NCBI RefSeq assembly: GCF_964355755.1
Contig: NC_092676.1
Location: forward strand, 28,352,871 to 28,416,870
Length of the DNA stretch: 64,000 nt
From: Antedon mediterranea
Lineage: Eukaryota; Animalia; Echinodermata
Direction of reading: 5' to 3'
This document shows positions 51,005 to 63,654 of the stretch, in pieces. Every line of letters starts with the position of its first letter. The first letter of the stretch is position 1. The notes beneath the pieces were generated by a model. That model searched no databases and had not been told where the DNA came from. It saw only the letters and a program-made list of their open reading frames with translations. The position numbers and the translations under genes are program-made.

Positions 51005-52045
51005 ATGGAGGGACGTTTTGTTACATTATTGGGCTTTGTTGGTGTTTTAATGTTTCTTGTGGTTAATGCAGTTGAAAAGGACTTGGGATTTACCGCAAAC
51101 ATTGGTTCTATAGGTCTTAGTGAGGGTGGAACAGGCCAATTAGAATGCTCAGTATCAAACATGACAAAATATACAATCTCATGGTATAGAGAAACAAGAA
51201 ATGGTGACAGAACAATCATTTACAGAGATGGAATGTTGATACTGAACAACTTGGGAAGAGAACAAGAAGCATACAGCAACCATAGTAGATATGATGTTCA
51301 CCTAAGACAAGTACGTGGACGAGATCTTGGTTATTTACTTAATGGTAATAATTACACATGTGAAGTAAGTCTGAAGTCTACAGGTGAAGTAGTACGAATA
51401 TCATCTGGTGTTATTGTACTTGCTAAATATACTCCATCATTGTTTTACCCAATCTGTGAGTCAAGTGACTTTTCAACAGATTCAATTGGTTTAAATATTA
51501 AGATGTCTTGCTATTCTGAACCTGGTAATCCAAGTGCTACTGGACTTGGTGAAAGTGTGAAGCTACAGTGGTTAAAAAATAACAAAACAATTCAAGATGT
51601 TGTGCAGAAAGATACTACTACTTTCACTTACTTAAATTACACGTTTACACTAACAGTTGATGATTTAAATAGTACTTTTATGTGTAATAATGGTGTTAAC
51701 AGTTGTAAATTGACAAGCACACAGAAAAGCACGATTTCAACAAAACAAACTCAGCCTACAGATTCACCGTCTTCTGGTGGCTTAGATTTAGCAATTATCA
51801 TTATTGTCAGCATTGGAAATGTTGTATTCTCGGTAGTTTGCCTGTTTGTTGGTTTTTACTTTTGCAAAAGGAGGAACATCAAGAAAGATGCAATGATAGC
51901 TTCTGGACAACAGCAAATACAGCTGCAGAGTTTTGATCAAATTGGACGTTATGTCACGCATGAAATCGTATCGCAAACGCATCATTATGAAGACCATATT
52001 GAACCAGTGTACGACAATGTTGATTATGGAGCTAACACTTCTTGA
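51005..52045 (+). CDS. Intronless two-Ig-domain type I membrane receptor, paralog of 42298 (346 aa)
   Basis: Same architecture. TM LAIIIIVSIGNVVFSVVCLFVGFYFC has no acidic residue; tail YVTH, YEDH, VYDNV, DYGA. Confidence 0.9.
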   Translation: MEGRFVTLLGFVGVLMFLVVNAVEKDLGFTANIGSIGLSEGGTGQLECSVSNMTKYTISWYRETRNGDRTIIYRDGMLILNNLGREQEAYSNHSRYDVHLRQVRGRDLGYLLNGNNYTCEVSLKSTGEVVRISSGVIVLAKYTPSLFYPICESSDFSTDSIGLNIKMSCYSEPGNPSATGLGESVKLQWLKNNKTIQDVVQKDTTTFTYLNYTFTLTVDDLNSTFMCNNGVNSCKLTSTQKSTISTKQTQPTDSPSSGGLDLAIIIIVSIGNVVFSVVCLFVGFYFCKRRNIKKDAMIASGQQQIQLQSFDQIGRYVTHEIVSQTHHYEDHIEPVYDNVDYGANTS

Positions 52046-53556
52046 TGTACTGATGATAACAACGTTATGACTTCATTAATATAAACATTTTGTAAATAAA
52101 CATAAATGTATGACCATGTTGATTAACACTTGTTGATGTAGTAACAACGAATGATAACAACTTCAATATAAACCGTGTGTAACAAAGACTAATACAAATA
52201 AATAAACATTATATCTTTGAAATAAATATTTAGTCATTTATACGCTAATTATACTACACAACAAGGTACGATAAATTGAATGTGTAAAAATTAGGCGTAT
52301 TGACTGCTGCTGACTCTTTTGAAGCTACCTAAAGTTATCTATTTTCACATAAAGGAAGTATAATATAAAATGAATATTTGTGTATCGCATTGCTGTTACT
52401 TATACTGTTGTTTGTTGGTAAAATAATAAAACGAACAAGAAGTCAATGAATAGGTTGTTTATTTAGGTTGTTTACCATGGAAGAATGAATTAACTTCACC
52501 CTTCCGTGGTTTTACATAAATATTAACAGCGAAATAACAATTCAAAGGGATATAATAGTTAAATTGGCATGTCATTCTAAACCTGCATACCTACTGTGAA
52601 AAGTGTAATACGTCATACGAACGTTTCTTCACAATTGTACATTATTATTATATTTATATCCATTTTATCATATCATATCCAAAGGCAAATTACTGAAAAA
52701 ATGACAATGCAATATCAATTTTATATATATTTGTATTTTTATTGTTTTACTTTTATATGTTTGAAGTGCAAGTGCAGTATAGAGAATCAATTCGATAGTG
52801 CTTAGCACTTGGCAATCCCCAGGGTGCTGCACCGTTGTCATGTATTATATGTTGTTGTTTGTGCCTGAAAATTGAATATAATAAAAACAAAATAAAATAC
52901 TCTTATATAATTATGATTGGTTATTTGATTGCCCAAATCTGAACTATGACGTAATTTTACATAAATACATTTGAGAATAGGATCCACAACCCCCCCCCCC
53001 CCCGATCACTAACAAAACAAAATAAAATACTCTGATTAGTTATTTGATTGCCCAACTCTGAACTATGACGTAATTTTACATAAATACATATGAAGTCATA
53101 TAAATCATAGAAATCATATAAATACATATGATCACTAACGCCTTTGTATCGCATTGCTGTTACTTATTAGGCCAATATGTCTGTTAGTAAAATAAAACGA
53201 AATAGAAATCAATGGATACGTTGTTCATGTCCACTGAGCATTCGCGGATTGCTAGGTTTAGATAATATTTATGGCCATGGATCTATACATTTTATAGGTC
53301 CGTGGTTAGATCAATATTTTTCTAAAAAAATTAAGTAAAATACCCAGCTATGTATTAAATATTTAATTTCACAAGATTCAGATTAACCCTCTGGTTAAGG
53401 TATGTATTTTTGGTAGATATTCTTCATCATATTTTAAGACACGAGAGTTGGAATCAATTTAAACAAAACCAAATGTTTTATGATTATCTCATCTTGGTTT
53501 ATTGATATCAAAATTAAATATACAACGCAAGAATGTGGAGACGTACAGAACAACAC

Positions 53557-56500
53557 TTAGATTCAGATTTAGATTCAGATAATATTTATTTAGATAATAA
53601 TGAATGAATATATACAAAATAGAAAAAAGATATTAAAGTGAACATAGATAAAGCAGTAATTGGTAGTCATTATTATCATGGATCCCTTCTAGAAGTTAAA
53701 AACTTGTCTCGTAGGGACCCATAACAAAACACATTACTAAAAAAATAAAAAATAACCTAGAATATATAATTATATAATTTAGGATAAAAAATTACAGTAT
53801 AATAACATAACTAACATCTTCTTTATAAAAATTATTTAAATTATATTTCAATAGTTTCATGATAAATATAAATGAAATAACTACCGATATTGGTAAATGA
53901 AAAAAAAATATGTATACTTAATTATAATTCCAGTATATATATAGTATATACTATATATACATTATATATAGTATAGATTAAAGATTGCAATAATAAACAA
54001 CAACTAATATTTTGTGTAAGACATAAATAGTATATGAGTATAAATAATGATAATAAGCATATTAACTAAGCAGTATAATATTTAGATATATAATGATTCT
54101 TTAACTTTTTTCGGAAAGTAAATAATGATATTGACGTTTTGATATTTGGTGGGATATGATTCCACAAATTAGGACCTGATATAGTTATAAAAAATTTAGT
54201 TTTTGTAAGTCTAGCAAAAGGAATGTTTAAATGAGAAGTTCTTAAATTGTAATTGTGAAATTTGGTACGTTTACAGAGCATATCAATCATAGAAATAGGA
54301 AGTTGGTTTTTAAAATAATTAAACATAAAACTGGCAACTTGAACATTGTGGATATCCGTTAATTTTAATATACCAAGACGTTTAAAAAGGGGTTCAGATG
54401 AGGTTCTATATGGTGAAAAAGTAATAATTCTAGCTGCACGTTTTTGTAATTTAGTTAATCTAGCAATATTAGAAGAGTAATCTGCAGCCCAAATAATGTT
54501 ACAATACTGGAAATAAGGAAGTACAAGTGTGTTATAAAGAGAAATTAAAATATTTAGAGGGAAGAAGTGCTTAAGTCTGTTAATAATACTAATAGATCTT
54601 GATATTTTTTTCGAAACGTAGTTTTGATGACTGGTCCATTTGAGGTTTTCATGAATATATACACCTAAAAAAAGTGTTTCAGTTTTGCGTTCAATTTGAA
54701 TTCCGCCAAGAAGTATATTTAGGTCATCAACTTTTAGTTTACGTTGAGAATTGTGAAAAATTAAATAATTTGTTTTAAGAGTATTAATAAGTAATTTGTT
54801 TGAAATAAACCAGTCACAAAATTTTGTTAATTCATCATTGAATGTAGTAAATAATAAATCAATATTGGAATTAGAGTAAAATAAGGTGGTGTCGTCGGCG
54901 AAGGATATTACTTGCAATTTGTTACTGACATTAGCCAGATCATTAACATAAATAAGGAAGAGCAATGGCCCAAGCACAGATCCCTGTGGCACTCCGCAAG
55001 TAATATCCATCGTCGACGATGTACAAGATCCTAATGCAACATATTGTTTTCTATCTTTCAAATAACTATTAAACCAATTCAATGAAATACCTCTAATTCC
55101 ATAGCACTCAAGTTTTTTAATTAAATTATCGTGATTAATAACATCGAAGGCCTTTGAAAGATCAATAAATAAACTTAATAAATTTTCTTTTGATTCAAAT
55201 GAATTTGTAATATTATTAATAAGATCTAAAACGGCATGGGATGTAGAGTGATTTTTTTCGAAAACCATATTGGCGTTTATTAAGTATATCAAATTTTGTG
55301 AGATAATCAGAAAGTTTAGAATACATGAGTTTTTCAATAATTTTGGAAAACACTGAAAGTAGTGATATTGGCCGGTAATTAGATAATTGACTTCGTTCAC
55401 CTTTCTTGAAAATGGGCACAACTTTAGCTAGTTTTAAGTGTGTTGGAAAAGTGCCAGATAAAAAAAATGAATTTATACAATGTGTAAGTTGGTGGATGAT
55501 TAAGGGAGATACAGATTTTAAGACACGAGCACTAATACCGTCAGATCCAGACCCTTTATTAGAATTTAGATTGTATATAGTTAGGTTAACATCATCAATT
55601 GAAACTGGGCTAATATAAAATGAGTTGGCAAACGCAGAATGAAGATAAGATAATGGATCAGTTATATTAGTTGGCATACTATTAATAAGATTAGGACCAA
55701 TTGTAGAAAAATAGTTGTTAAACGATTCACATATCTCTTTTTGAGTTTTGTAAATATTATCACCGTCTTTGATTAGATTCGGGTGCTTGTTATTATTATT
55801 ACCTTTATTTAAAACAGAATTTATTACAAGCCATGTGTTCTTCAGATTACCTTTATATCTATCAAACTGGGAAGTATAATAATTCTTTTTAGCAGTGCGA
55901 CAAAGATTAGTGAAAATATTATTATATTTTGTATAGTTTAATTTGTCATTATTACTACGTGTGTGCATATATTTGTTATAAAGTTTATGTTTCCGAGAAC
56001 TACATTTTAAGAGAGCAGATGACATCCATGGTTGTTTAAACGTTTTATTTGATTTTATACTACTTTTAACCAAGTGTCTGGAGTGGATATTTGTAAATTT
56101 TTCAATAAATATATCAAAACTCAATCTTGGGTCACAATCAAATATCATAGACCAGTCTTCACCTTCTAAATCAATCGATAAGGCATTTAGGTCGTTTATA
56201 CGAAATGAATAGTTGGCGCTATTATCATCAAGGTTTTGATCATTAATTTCTTGATCAATGAACTGAAATATAGGAAGGTGGTCGGAGATATCATTAAGTA
56301 AAACACCAGCAACTATTTTATAGTTAGATTGTTTGGAATAAAAATGATCAATCAAGGTGGCCGAAGTTGAGGTAATCCTAGTTGGTTTTGAAATAGTTGG
56401 AAAAAAAGAATGGGAAATTAAGGTATTTAGGTAGGTGTTTGTTAATTTATGGTTATGGAATTTTAATAAATCAATATTGAAGTCTCCCATGAGATGACAA

Positions 56501-58730
56501 TTTTTGTTTTCATTGTTAATTTGGGTTAATAGATTATCGACGGATTTAGTAAAAGAATCTAGCCCTCCACAGGGGGCTCTGTAAATAATGCCTATAATAT
56601 CATTTTTTGTCTTTGAATTTTCAATCTCAACAAAAAGTGATTCGGAAAGGTCGTCTGGTAATTTTAAGTCATTTCGAATTGTAATGCTAATATCATTACG
56701 TATAAAAAATGCAACTCCTCCACCAATTTGATTATTGCTTCTATTGCTTGCAAAGAAGGAGTAGTTATTAATGAAAGGAATAGGGGAGTTTTCATTAAGC
56801 CATGTTTCACTGATACCGATTATGGAAAATTTGTTATTAATTGAATTCAAAAGGCATTCGAGATCATTAACTTTATGCGTAATACTTCTAATATTAAGAT
56901 GCAGGAGAGATAGTTTAGTATTAAAGGATGTATTAAACTTAGAATTAAATTGTGAATAATCATAAAAGCTGCATTCATCTAGGGTAACTGACTGTGAATT
57001 GAGATTATTAATTAGTTGATCAAAAGATTCATCATATTTGTCATTTTCATTGTAATTAACTGGATTAAAGGTTATGTTAGAAATATCATTGTTGTTAGTA
57101 AGTTCAGAGTTCACATTAAAGTCATAAAAAGGAAGTAAGTGAAGATAATTAACATTCATTAACAATAGCTGCGTATAGCGTTATCTAAAAAAGAAATACA
57201 GCAATAAGCATGCATGAGACTGTATACATTAATACATAATTAATGAGAAGCAAAATAAACAATTCTTGAAATAAAAATATATTATAGGTAATATTTCGGT
57301 TGACGGTAAGTAGAGTCAAAGTAAAGTTAAATTATTGCGACGACTAAAATTACTCAGTAGCTACGGGGGCATGTGCTTCCTTGAGGTTCGGGTAGTATTT
57401 GGCAAGATGATCCATGTCGATGAATGTGCGAACATAACCATTTGCATCTATGTAACGCAATTTGTCAAGGTGGAGCCAGTGGCCGTATTCACCAATCACA
57501 CTTAAGTGAGATATTTCCCTTAAATCCTAAGAATTTCCCTTAAATCAAGAAAATATTAAGGGTTTCACTTAAGTGGTATTCACAAAGGGTTTAAGGTTAA
57601 GGGAAACCCTTAACTTGGTCTATTTTCCCCTTAACTTTTAAGGGACCTCAGAGGTCCCTTAAAAGTTCCCTTAACTATTCAGTACCTTGGTTGTGCTGAC
57701 GATTCTGTATGTGCGAGTACTATGCATACTTGCAGATAGCCCCAGTCTAGGCTAGGTAGAGATGCTAGGCCCCCTATTGGTCTGCCCACTAACCAGCCTA
57801 GGATTCATGTTGGTTTGAGTAGCATTTATACCTTTTTTGCTGATCCTCACTATACAAATTAGTCTATGCCTATATATTCATTTATTTTTGTTTTGACTGC
57901 CATTATTTCGTGGAAGATGGCTTCCCATTTCGTTGTAATAGAAATTAGCCCCATTCTCTAGTAGGCTAGGTAGAGATGCTAGGCCCCCTGTTGGTCTGCC
58001 CAGTAACTAGCCTGCATATGCCCCAATACAGACAGGTTTAGGCCTACACAGAATGTTGATTTGTTAGTATATAGGCTAGACCTATTTTTCTTGATCCTCA
58101 TACAATTTAGTCTAGGTCTAATATTCATTTACTTGTTTTTGTATTGACTGCTATTTTCTTTTTATTGATCATCGTCCACACACTTTTCTCTTCATCCTCC
58201 CCATCCCCACAACCCCTTGCTCTTTTTTTAAATATGCAAATTAGTTTTAGAGATGAAAGTGATTGGACCATAGGGGAATTAAATCCTCTGTGATTGGACA
58301 ATAGGACAACTCATGAATATTTATGATTATTTTTACCCTTAAGTTTTACCCTTAAATTAAGTGTTTTCCTTAGGTAAGTGAATCCCTTAACTCATTTGTG
58401 AATACCCCTTAAGTGTTTCCCTTTGTTAAGGGAATTCTTAAATTTTAAGGGTAAGTATTTCCCTTAGCCTAAGTGAGATTGGTGAATACGGCCACAGGCC
58501 TTTACTTTGTTGGAATGCAGGTATTTCATCGATGAGTATAATGCCTTTCTTCTACTTATCACTCTGCTGGTAAAATCATTATTTACGTAGATGTTATTAT
58601 CTTTAAATTTAGGTCTCACTTTTGGAGCTGCCTTGCGTACTCTTTCTTTAGTGGAATATCTGAGAAAGTATGCAACAAGTGGTCTCGGTTTATCCCTGGT
58701 GGTATTACGTGGTCCAACTCCAACAACTTT
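53557..58730 (-). mobile_element. Near full-length CR1/L2-group LINE (partial ORF1, EN+RT ORF2, long 3' UTR, (atctga/atctaa)n tail)
   Basis: ORF2 57165-54066 has HLNIRS, ISETW, GDFN, SDH, DLSKAFD, GVPQGSVLGP and FADD, and is broken only by an extra A in the run at 55252-55258. The ORF1 C-terminal part (KPRPLVAYF..NIYVNNDFT) ends at 57350. Confidence 0.95.
57480..58494. mobile_element. PIF/Harbinger non-autonomous element inserted in LINE ORF1
   Basis: CAG|tggccgtattcaccaatc ... gattggtgaatacggcca|CAG. Removing it restores the ORF1 reading VKAWLHLDKL. Confidence 0.9.
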
Positions 58731-58769
58731 ATAAAGCTGTAATAATAAACTGACTAGCATAACATAAAT

Positions 58770-59590
58770 GATTATTTTATGCAGTCAAAACTGTAATGTA
58801 TGGTCTCTGGGAAGCACACATAGATACAATAATATAAGGCAATTGACAGGCGAATTCGCCTATTATATAACACACATCCAAGGATTGGAACATATTAACT
58901 GCCATACGTTTGTCTATGGCGCGCCAAACTGTCATTTATTATCTTATGTAATCTGTTTTGTTTTTTTGTTTTATTTGTTTTATTCAATTTTCAGGCACAA
59001 CAATACATGACAATACAGCGGTGCAGCACCCTGAGGATTGCCATGAGTGCAAAGCACTATCGAGATAGCTCTCCATATACTGCACTAGAACATATAAGAC
59101 AAACATATACACAAGATGCTCTACATAAACAAAGACTTAATATTAAGTCTTTGGGAGTGGAGTTGTAAATTGTCATGAGAAAAAAACCCTGACATATGAC
59201 AGGACTTGAACCCAGGACCCTTAGATTGGTAGCCAAGCATCATAACCACCAAGCCACACCTCCACTCCACAATCAAAACTGTGGTCACTGGGATACACAC
59301 ATAGATACAATAATATAAGGCAATTGACAGGCAAATTAGCCTATTATACAACACACATCCAAGGGTAATATAGAAAGAACATAAACTGCCATACGTTTGT
59401 GTATGGCGCACCAAACTGGCATTTATTATCTTATGCAGTCAAAACTGTAATGTAGGTTCACTGGCATACACACATAGACCCAGTAATATGAGGCATAATT
59501 GGGGCCAATCAGCCTTTTACATAACCCACATCCAATAATTATGAAAGATTGTTAATACTTTAATAGAATGAACATAAACTGCCATAGACT
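58770..59590. repeat. Tandem repeat of about 160 bp (3 units) interrupted by a SINE
   Basis: tcaaaactgt..cacacataga..aataatataaggca..aactgccata at about 58780, 59272 and 59435. Confidence 0.8.
58960..59270 (-). mobile_element. SINE family A with complete tRNA head and alternative 3' tail
   Basis: Head and body match 1409-1565; the tail matches the reverse complement of about 52755-52850. Confidence 0.75.
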
Positions 59591-59832
59591 TTTGTGTACA
59601 TAAACAGGATAAGTTATGCAGGGTTTATGTAACAAAATACCACAAATAATCACCTAATTTGTGACAGTTCTCTGGTTGTGACCAAAATAAAATTTGTGCA
59701 AGGTTTTAAATGACCGCAAAAGATCATCTATTTTATATACATCACATACATTATCAGATATATACAATATATTAATTTATACATATAATACATGTACGTA
59801 TAGAAACACAATGAATTCTTGCAAACAAATCT

Positions 59833-61626
59833 TTACACAAAGTTTGTATTCGACGATTCATTTTCATTATCGTTTTTTTCCTTAAAGTTTTTATTATTGT
59901 CTTTAGAATTCTCATTTTCTTCTTCTTCTTCTATTATCTTTGTGTGCTGAGTGTGCATGCGTCTACTTATTTCCAACATCTCTCGCAATCCTTGGTTTTC
60001 TATTAACAGACGCGCCATCATTTCTTCCATGGCAACAGCCGCTTTTTGGTCCAGGTCGTTGTCGGGTGTTACGGGTGAGGTTAACATTCCGTGAGGTTTC
60101 TCTTCACATTGCTGAAAAATAACGGTAAAAAGTAGTAAAAATGTTTTGTGTCAAAAACGATTTTAAGTATGACGATTTTAAGTATGACGATTTGGTGCCA
60201 GTGATCAACAATCATAAACTATTTGATCCAAAAACAAATATAATCATAACAAAAATGTCTTTTTCGAAAAATTCTGCAATTTCGCTTACAAATATAATCA
60301 CTTTAAAAATGTGAAAGGGTCTGGGATGCTTTGCTCTAATGAAATTTACACCATTTCCAGGCACTTGGAGGTACAGTATGGTTGCTCTACAACTGTACCC
60401 TAGGATCTGCACAATTGACTTGACCAAAGAACATTTCCTTACTGTATTAGAATAGCCACTGCGTGTTTGTTGTTAAAATTGTTATCTATAACTACGGTAC
60501 TCATAAATAATAGTAAGAAAATGAATCCTTACCATATTAGCTATTACCAGCTTTAAAATTGTTATCTATAACTATGGCACTCATAAAATAAAAACCATAT
60601 ATACCATATTAGTTGATAATGCTGCAACTTGTTCTGTTCTATTAGCCATCACCAGCTTGCTAACTTGTTCTCTGTAACTACTCATAATAAGCTCAAGTGC
60701 TGATTGGTGTTCGTCTAATGCGAGTCGTAAATCTTTGTTCTCTCGTTGAAGTTCTCGTATCTGTCGGTTCTCCTGCTGTATTCCTAGGATTAGTGATGAT
60801 CTGGGTCGGTGCCGCGCGACTTGGTTCATCTCCTCCACTTCCTCTTGATACTATTCAAAGCACATTTATTTTTTAAAATGTACTCAATTTAGAATACTTT
60901 AATTCTTAATAAGCTTATTGTATGACTGCATTTTCATGGATGCCAGAAGGGAAGTGCGAGGTGGGTCGACCCTAAACAACATGGAGGCTCACGATGGAGA
61001 AGGAAAAAGATGGATTTTGCTGTAGATCTTGGAATGAAGTTAAAATTAAAGCTGGAAACAGAACTGACTTGAGAGACCATCTTGTAGGATAGGTAAGTAA
61101 GCTAGCTTATGTAATATGAAGAATATGAATAATATGTACATATCATAACCAATACTAATCAAGGTAAGTAAATAATGTAAGGTTTCTGGACTAAAACATC
61201 AGTAGGAATAAGCTGCACACCTGCTCTGGTGCGAAACCATCTTCATTCAAGTTCGCACGTACAGCATTAGCAAATTTTCGTGATTTAAACAAAATATAGC
61301 AACACGATTTTGTTTGCTATGCGCGGGAACAGGTACAAGTGTAAAAGACCCTTAAATTATTTTTCCTTTCGAGGGTGTATATTGTGAATGTACAGTTACC
61401 ATAGACAGACATTAAGAATGTTAAATTCATTGTTACAAATGTACAGTTACCATAGACAGACATTAAGAATGTTAAGCTCATTGTGACAAACCTGTTTCAT
61501 GGCATCAATTTTTTTGTGTAATGTTGTTGTTTGCTCAATCAATGTGTCCGCTGCGTTGTCATGTTCTCTCAACCTCTCCACTAAACGCTTTGCATCATTC
61601 AACACTTGTTCTATTGTAAGACTCAT
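59833..61626 (-). CDS. FGFR1OP2: FGFR1 oncogene partner 2 / SIKE family (STRIPAK coiled-coil protein); exons 61626-61492, 60850-60605, 60111-59833
   Basis: MSLTIEQVLNDAKRLVERLREHDNAADTLIEQ..AMKQ|YQEE..ARHRPRSSLILGIQQENRQIRELQRENKDLR.AL.EHQSALELIMS.YREQ|..ENQGLREMLEIS. GT/AG sites are all phase 0. The acceptor of the last exon is less certain. Confidence 0.92.
60925..61100 (+). mobile_element. RTE LINE 3'-end relic in FGFR1OP2 intron
   Basis: WMPEGK..VGRP..TWR.TMEKE..SWNEVK..AGNR (needs a frameshift), followed by a (taag)n tail. Confidence 0.65.
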
Positions 61627-62311
61627 TGCCAACTATGTTGTACGCTTTACAGTACAGTTTTATTAATTTCTGAAAAGTTGAAAAAGTAACATACTTATTA
61701 CAATGATATGGTTTACCAGATAAGTAAGGTCCTGACATATAATACTACTTCTTACCATAACTAGGCTATCTGTATTAGTAAGCTAGCAATTACTACTAGT
61801 ACTACTATCTACTACTGTACCGACTGCAGTCAGTTCTAGGCCTACTTCTACTATCACAAACAGTAGCTACTGTATGCCTGCCCTATAGGTAGGCTCTAAC
61901 TAGGCCTAGGCCTAGTGAAAATGTATTCAGTTCATTCAGATAAATAATTAATTGCAAAAAGTAGTATATTTATGTTCAAAAAGACAACATTTTATGCATT
62001 TCCAGTAAATAATATACGAATAAATAAATAGTAAGGGTATCTAAATTCTCTAGGCCACTACTTTAAGTTCCTGGTTAAAATACATCAATCAACTGACCGG
62101 AACGGTTACGTTTCCGAGGCTAACAATTGAAAAATTAAACGTAAAATTGACAACAGTATGAGGCCTAGCATTTGCTTCGAATTCAGTATAAATAATCCAA
62201 TGTTGTAATTAAAATGTCCAAATAATACATTCTTCATATTGTATATATATTGATTTCATGAGAATATTATCACATTATGCAAAAATGTGTAATTTATTGA
62301 AGAAAACTTAC

Positions 62312-62400
62312 CAAAAACAAGAACAATATGGACACACTTTTTATTCCGGCGTTCGGTGATGAATAATATGCAAATTTCGGTTGACCTCACTTCCGGGTCA
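62312..62400 (-). promoter_or_regulatory. Probable non-coding first exon and promoter of FGFR1OP2
   Basis: Minus-strand donor GTAAGT at 62311-62306 and acceptor before 61669. ETS site CCGGAAGT (62389-62396) and octamer ATGCAAAT (62368-62375). Confidence 0.5.
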
Positions 62401-63264
62401 TCATTTCTAATCGATTATTATTACAGTATAGTAGCGGCCTACTTTAATAACAAAAAGTATTTTCTAATGCAACATTTCACCAATATCCGCATGAACTGGC
62501 ATCCCCCTAATACTTTAATTCGTTCTATACATTTAAATTATATTTTGAAATATATTGAGTAGACAATAGTAGGGCCTATCTTGTAGATCTTAGTCTGATG
62601 CGTTGTCAGGATGTTTTCCATTCAAAGCTATTGATTAAGCATGGAGTAAAGAATATTCTTTAGTAAGGTCTCTTTAAGTAAGGCCTATATTATACTGAAA
62701 CGGGAAAACATGTCTTATGTTCTTATGTAGGCCTAAACGATGATAATGAATGCAATCTAGATTGATATGGTTGCCATGTTTTATGGGTTGGATTGAGTTT
62801 TTTTTTTACTTCACAACAAGTAGATGAAAATATCAATACTAATCAATCATTAATTAATCAATCAATCGATATTAGGCCAATTGAGATAAACATAGTAATG
62901 ATAACATACAATGATATAAAGACACAATACCAAAGATCTATATCTAAATAGCTTATATTTTATCACGATAACAAATTACATAGTGCTCGCGAACCCTGCA
63001 TGTCGTCTGTTGATAACAGCTTTGGCGCGTAATAAAGTTTGTGCACATTTTGAGCTCTAATCGATGACAAAATCTAATCTTAGTTATTGTTACATCAAGA
63101 ACAGATGTTACAGTATGCGCGCGGTCATCAGACCCGACCCGATTTAAAAATAATTCGCTTAATTTGAAAGACCCTCTCATCCTAAACAAACATCGAAGGA
63201 TTTCGCATTCACAAAGCCACCTTGGAAATACGGTACACAGTATTTTAATTACGCTGTCTTTTGT

Positions 63265-63382
63265 ACGGAAGCTTCTAAGTGCCATCCATTTGGCGACTTG
63301 TCAGGATAATTTATAATGGTCATATATTGATTATAAATTACCTTGACAAGTCGCCAAGTGGATGGCGCTTAGAAGCTTCCGT
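63265..63382. repeat. 118-bp hairpin/MITE
   Basis: acggaagcttctaagtgccatccatttggcgacttgtca ... tgacaagtcgccaagtggatggcgcttagaagcttccgt. Confidence 0.85.
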
Positions 63383-63654
63383 GCTATACGTGTTTTAAAG
63401 GACGATTCCTATTGGTCAAAGATTCACTTATGCGCCGGGAACCATAGCAAGCTGGATGTTTTCATATTCGAGCGTTTGTGACATAGCGGGACTTAACACG
63501 CGAGAAGCAGTAGGCCTAAAGGAATGTAAACACTGACACTAACGGGCACTGGGTTTGTAGGCGTGGAATATGTGGGACCTCTAAATTAGAATCCAATTCA
63601 AACCGTGGAATTATTGTATTATACTGATTTAAACGAACAATTGTCGAAGTTGTT

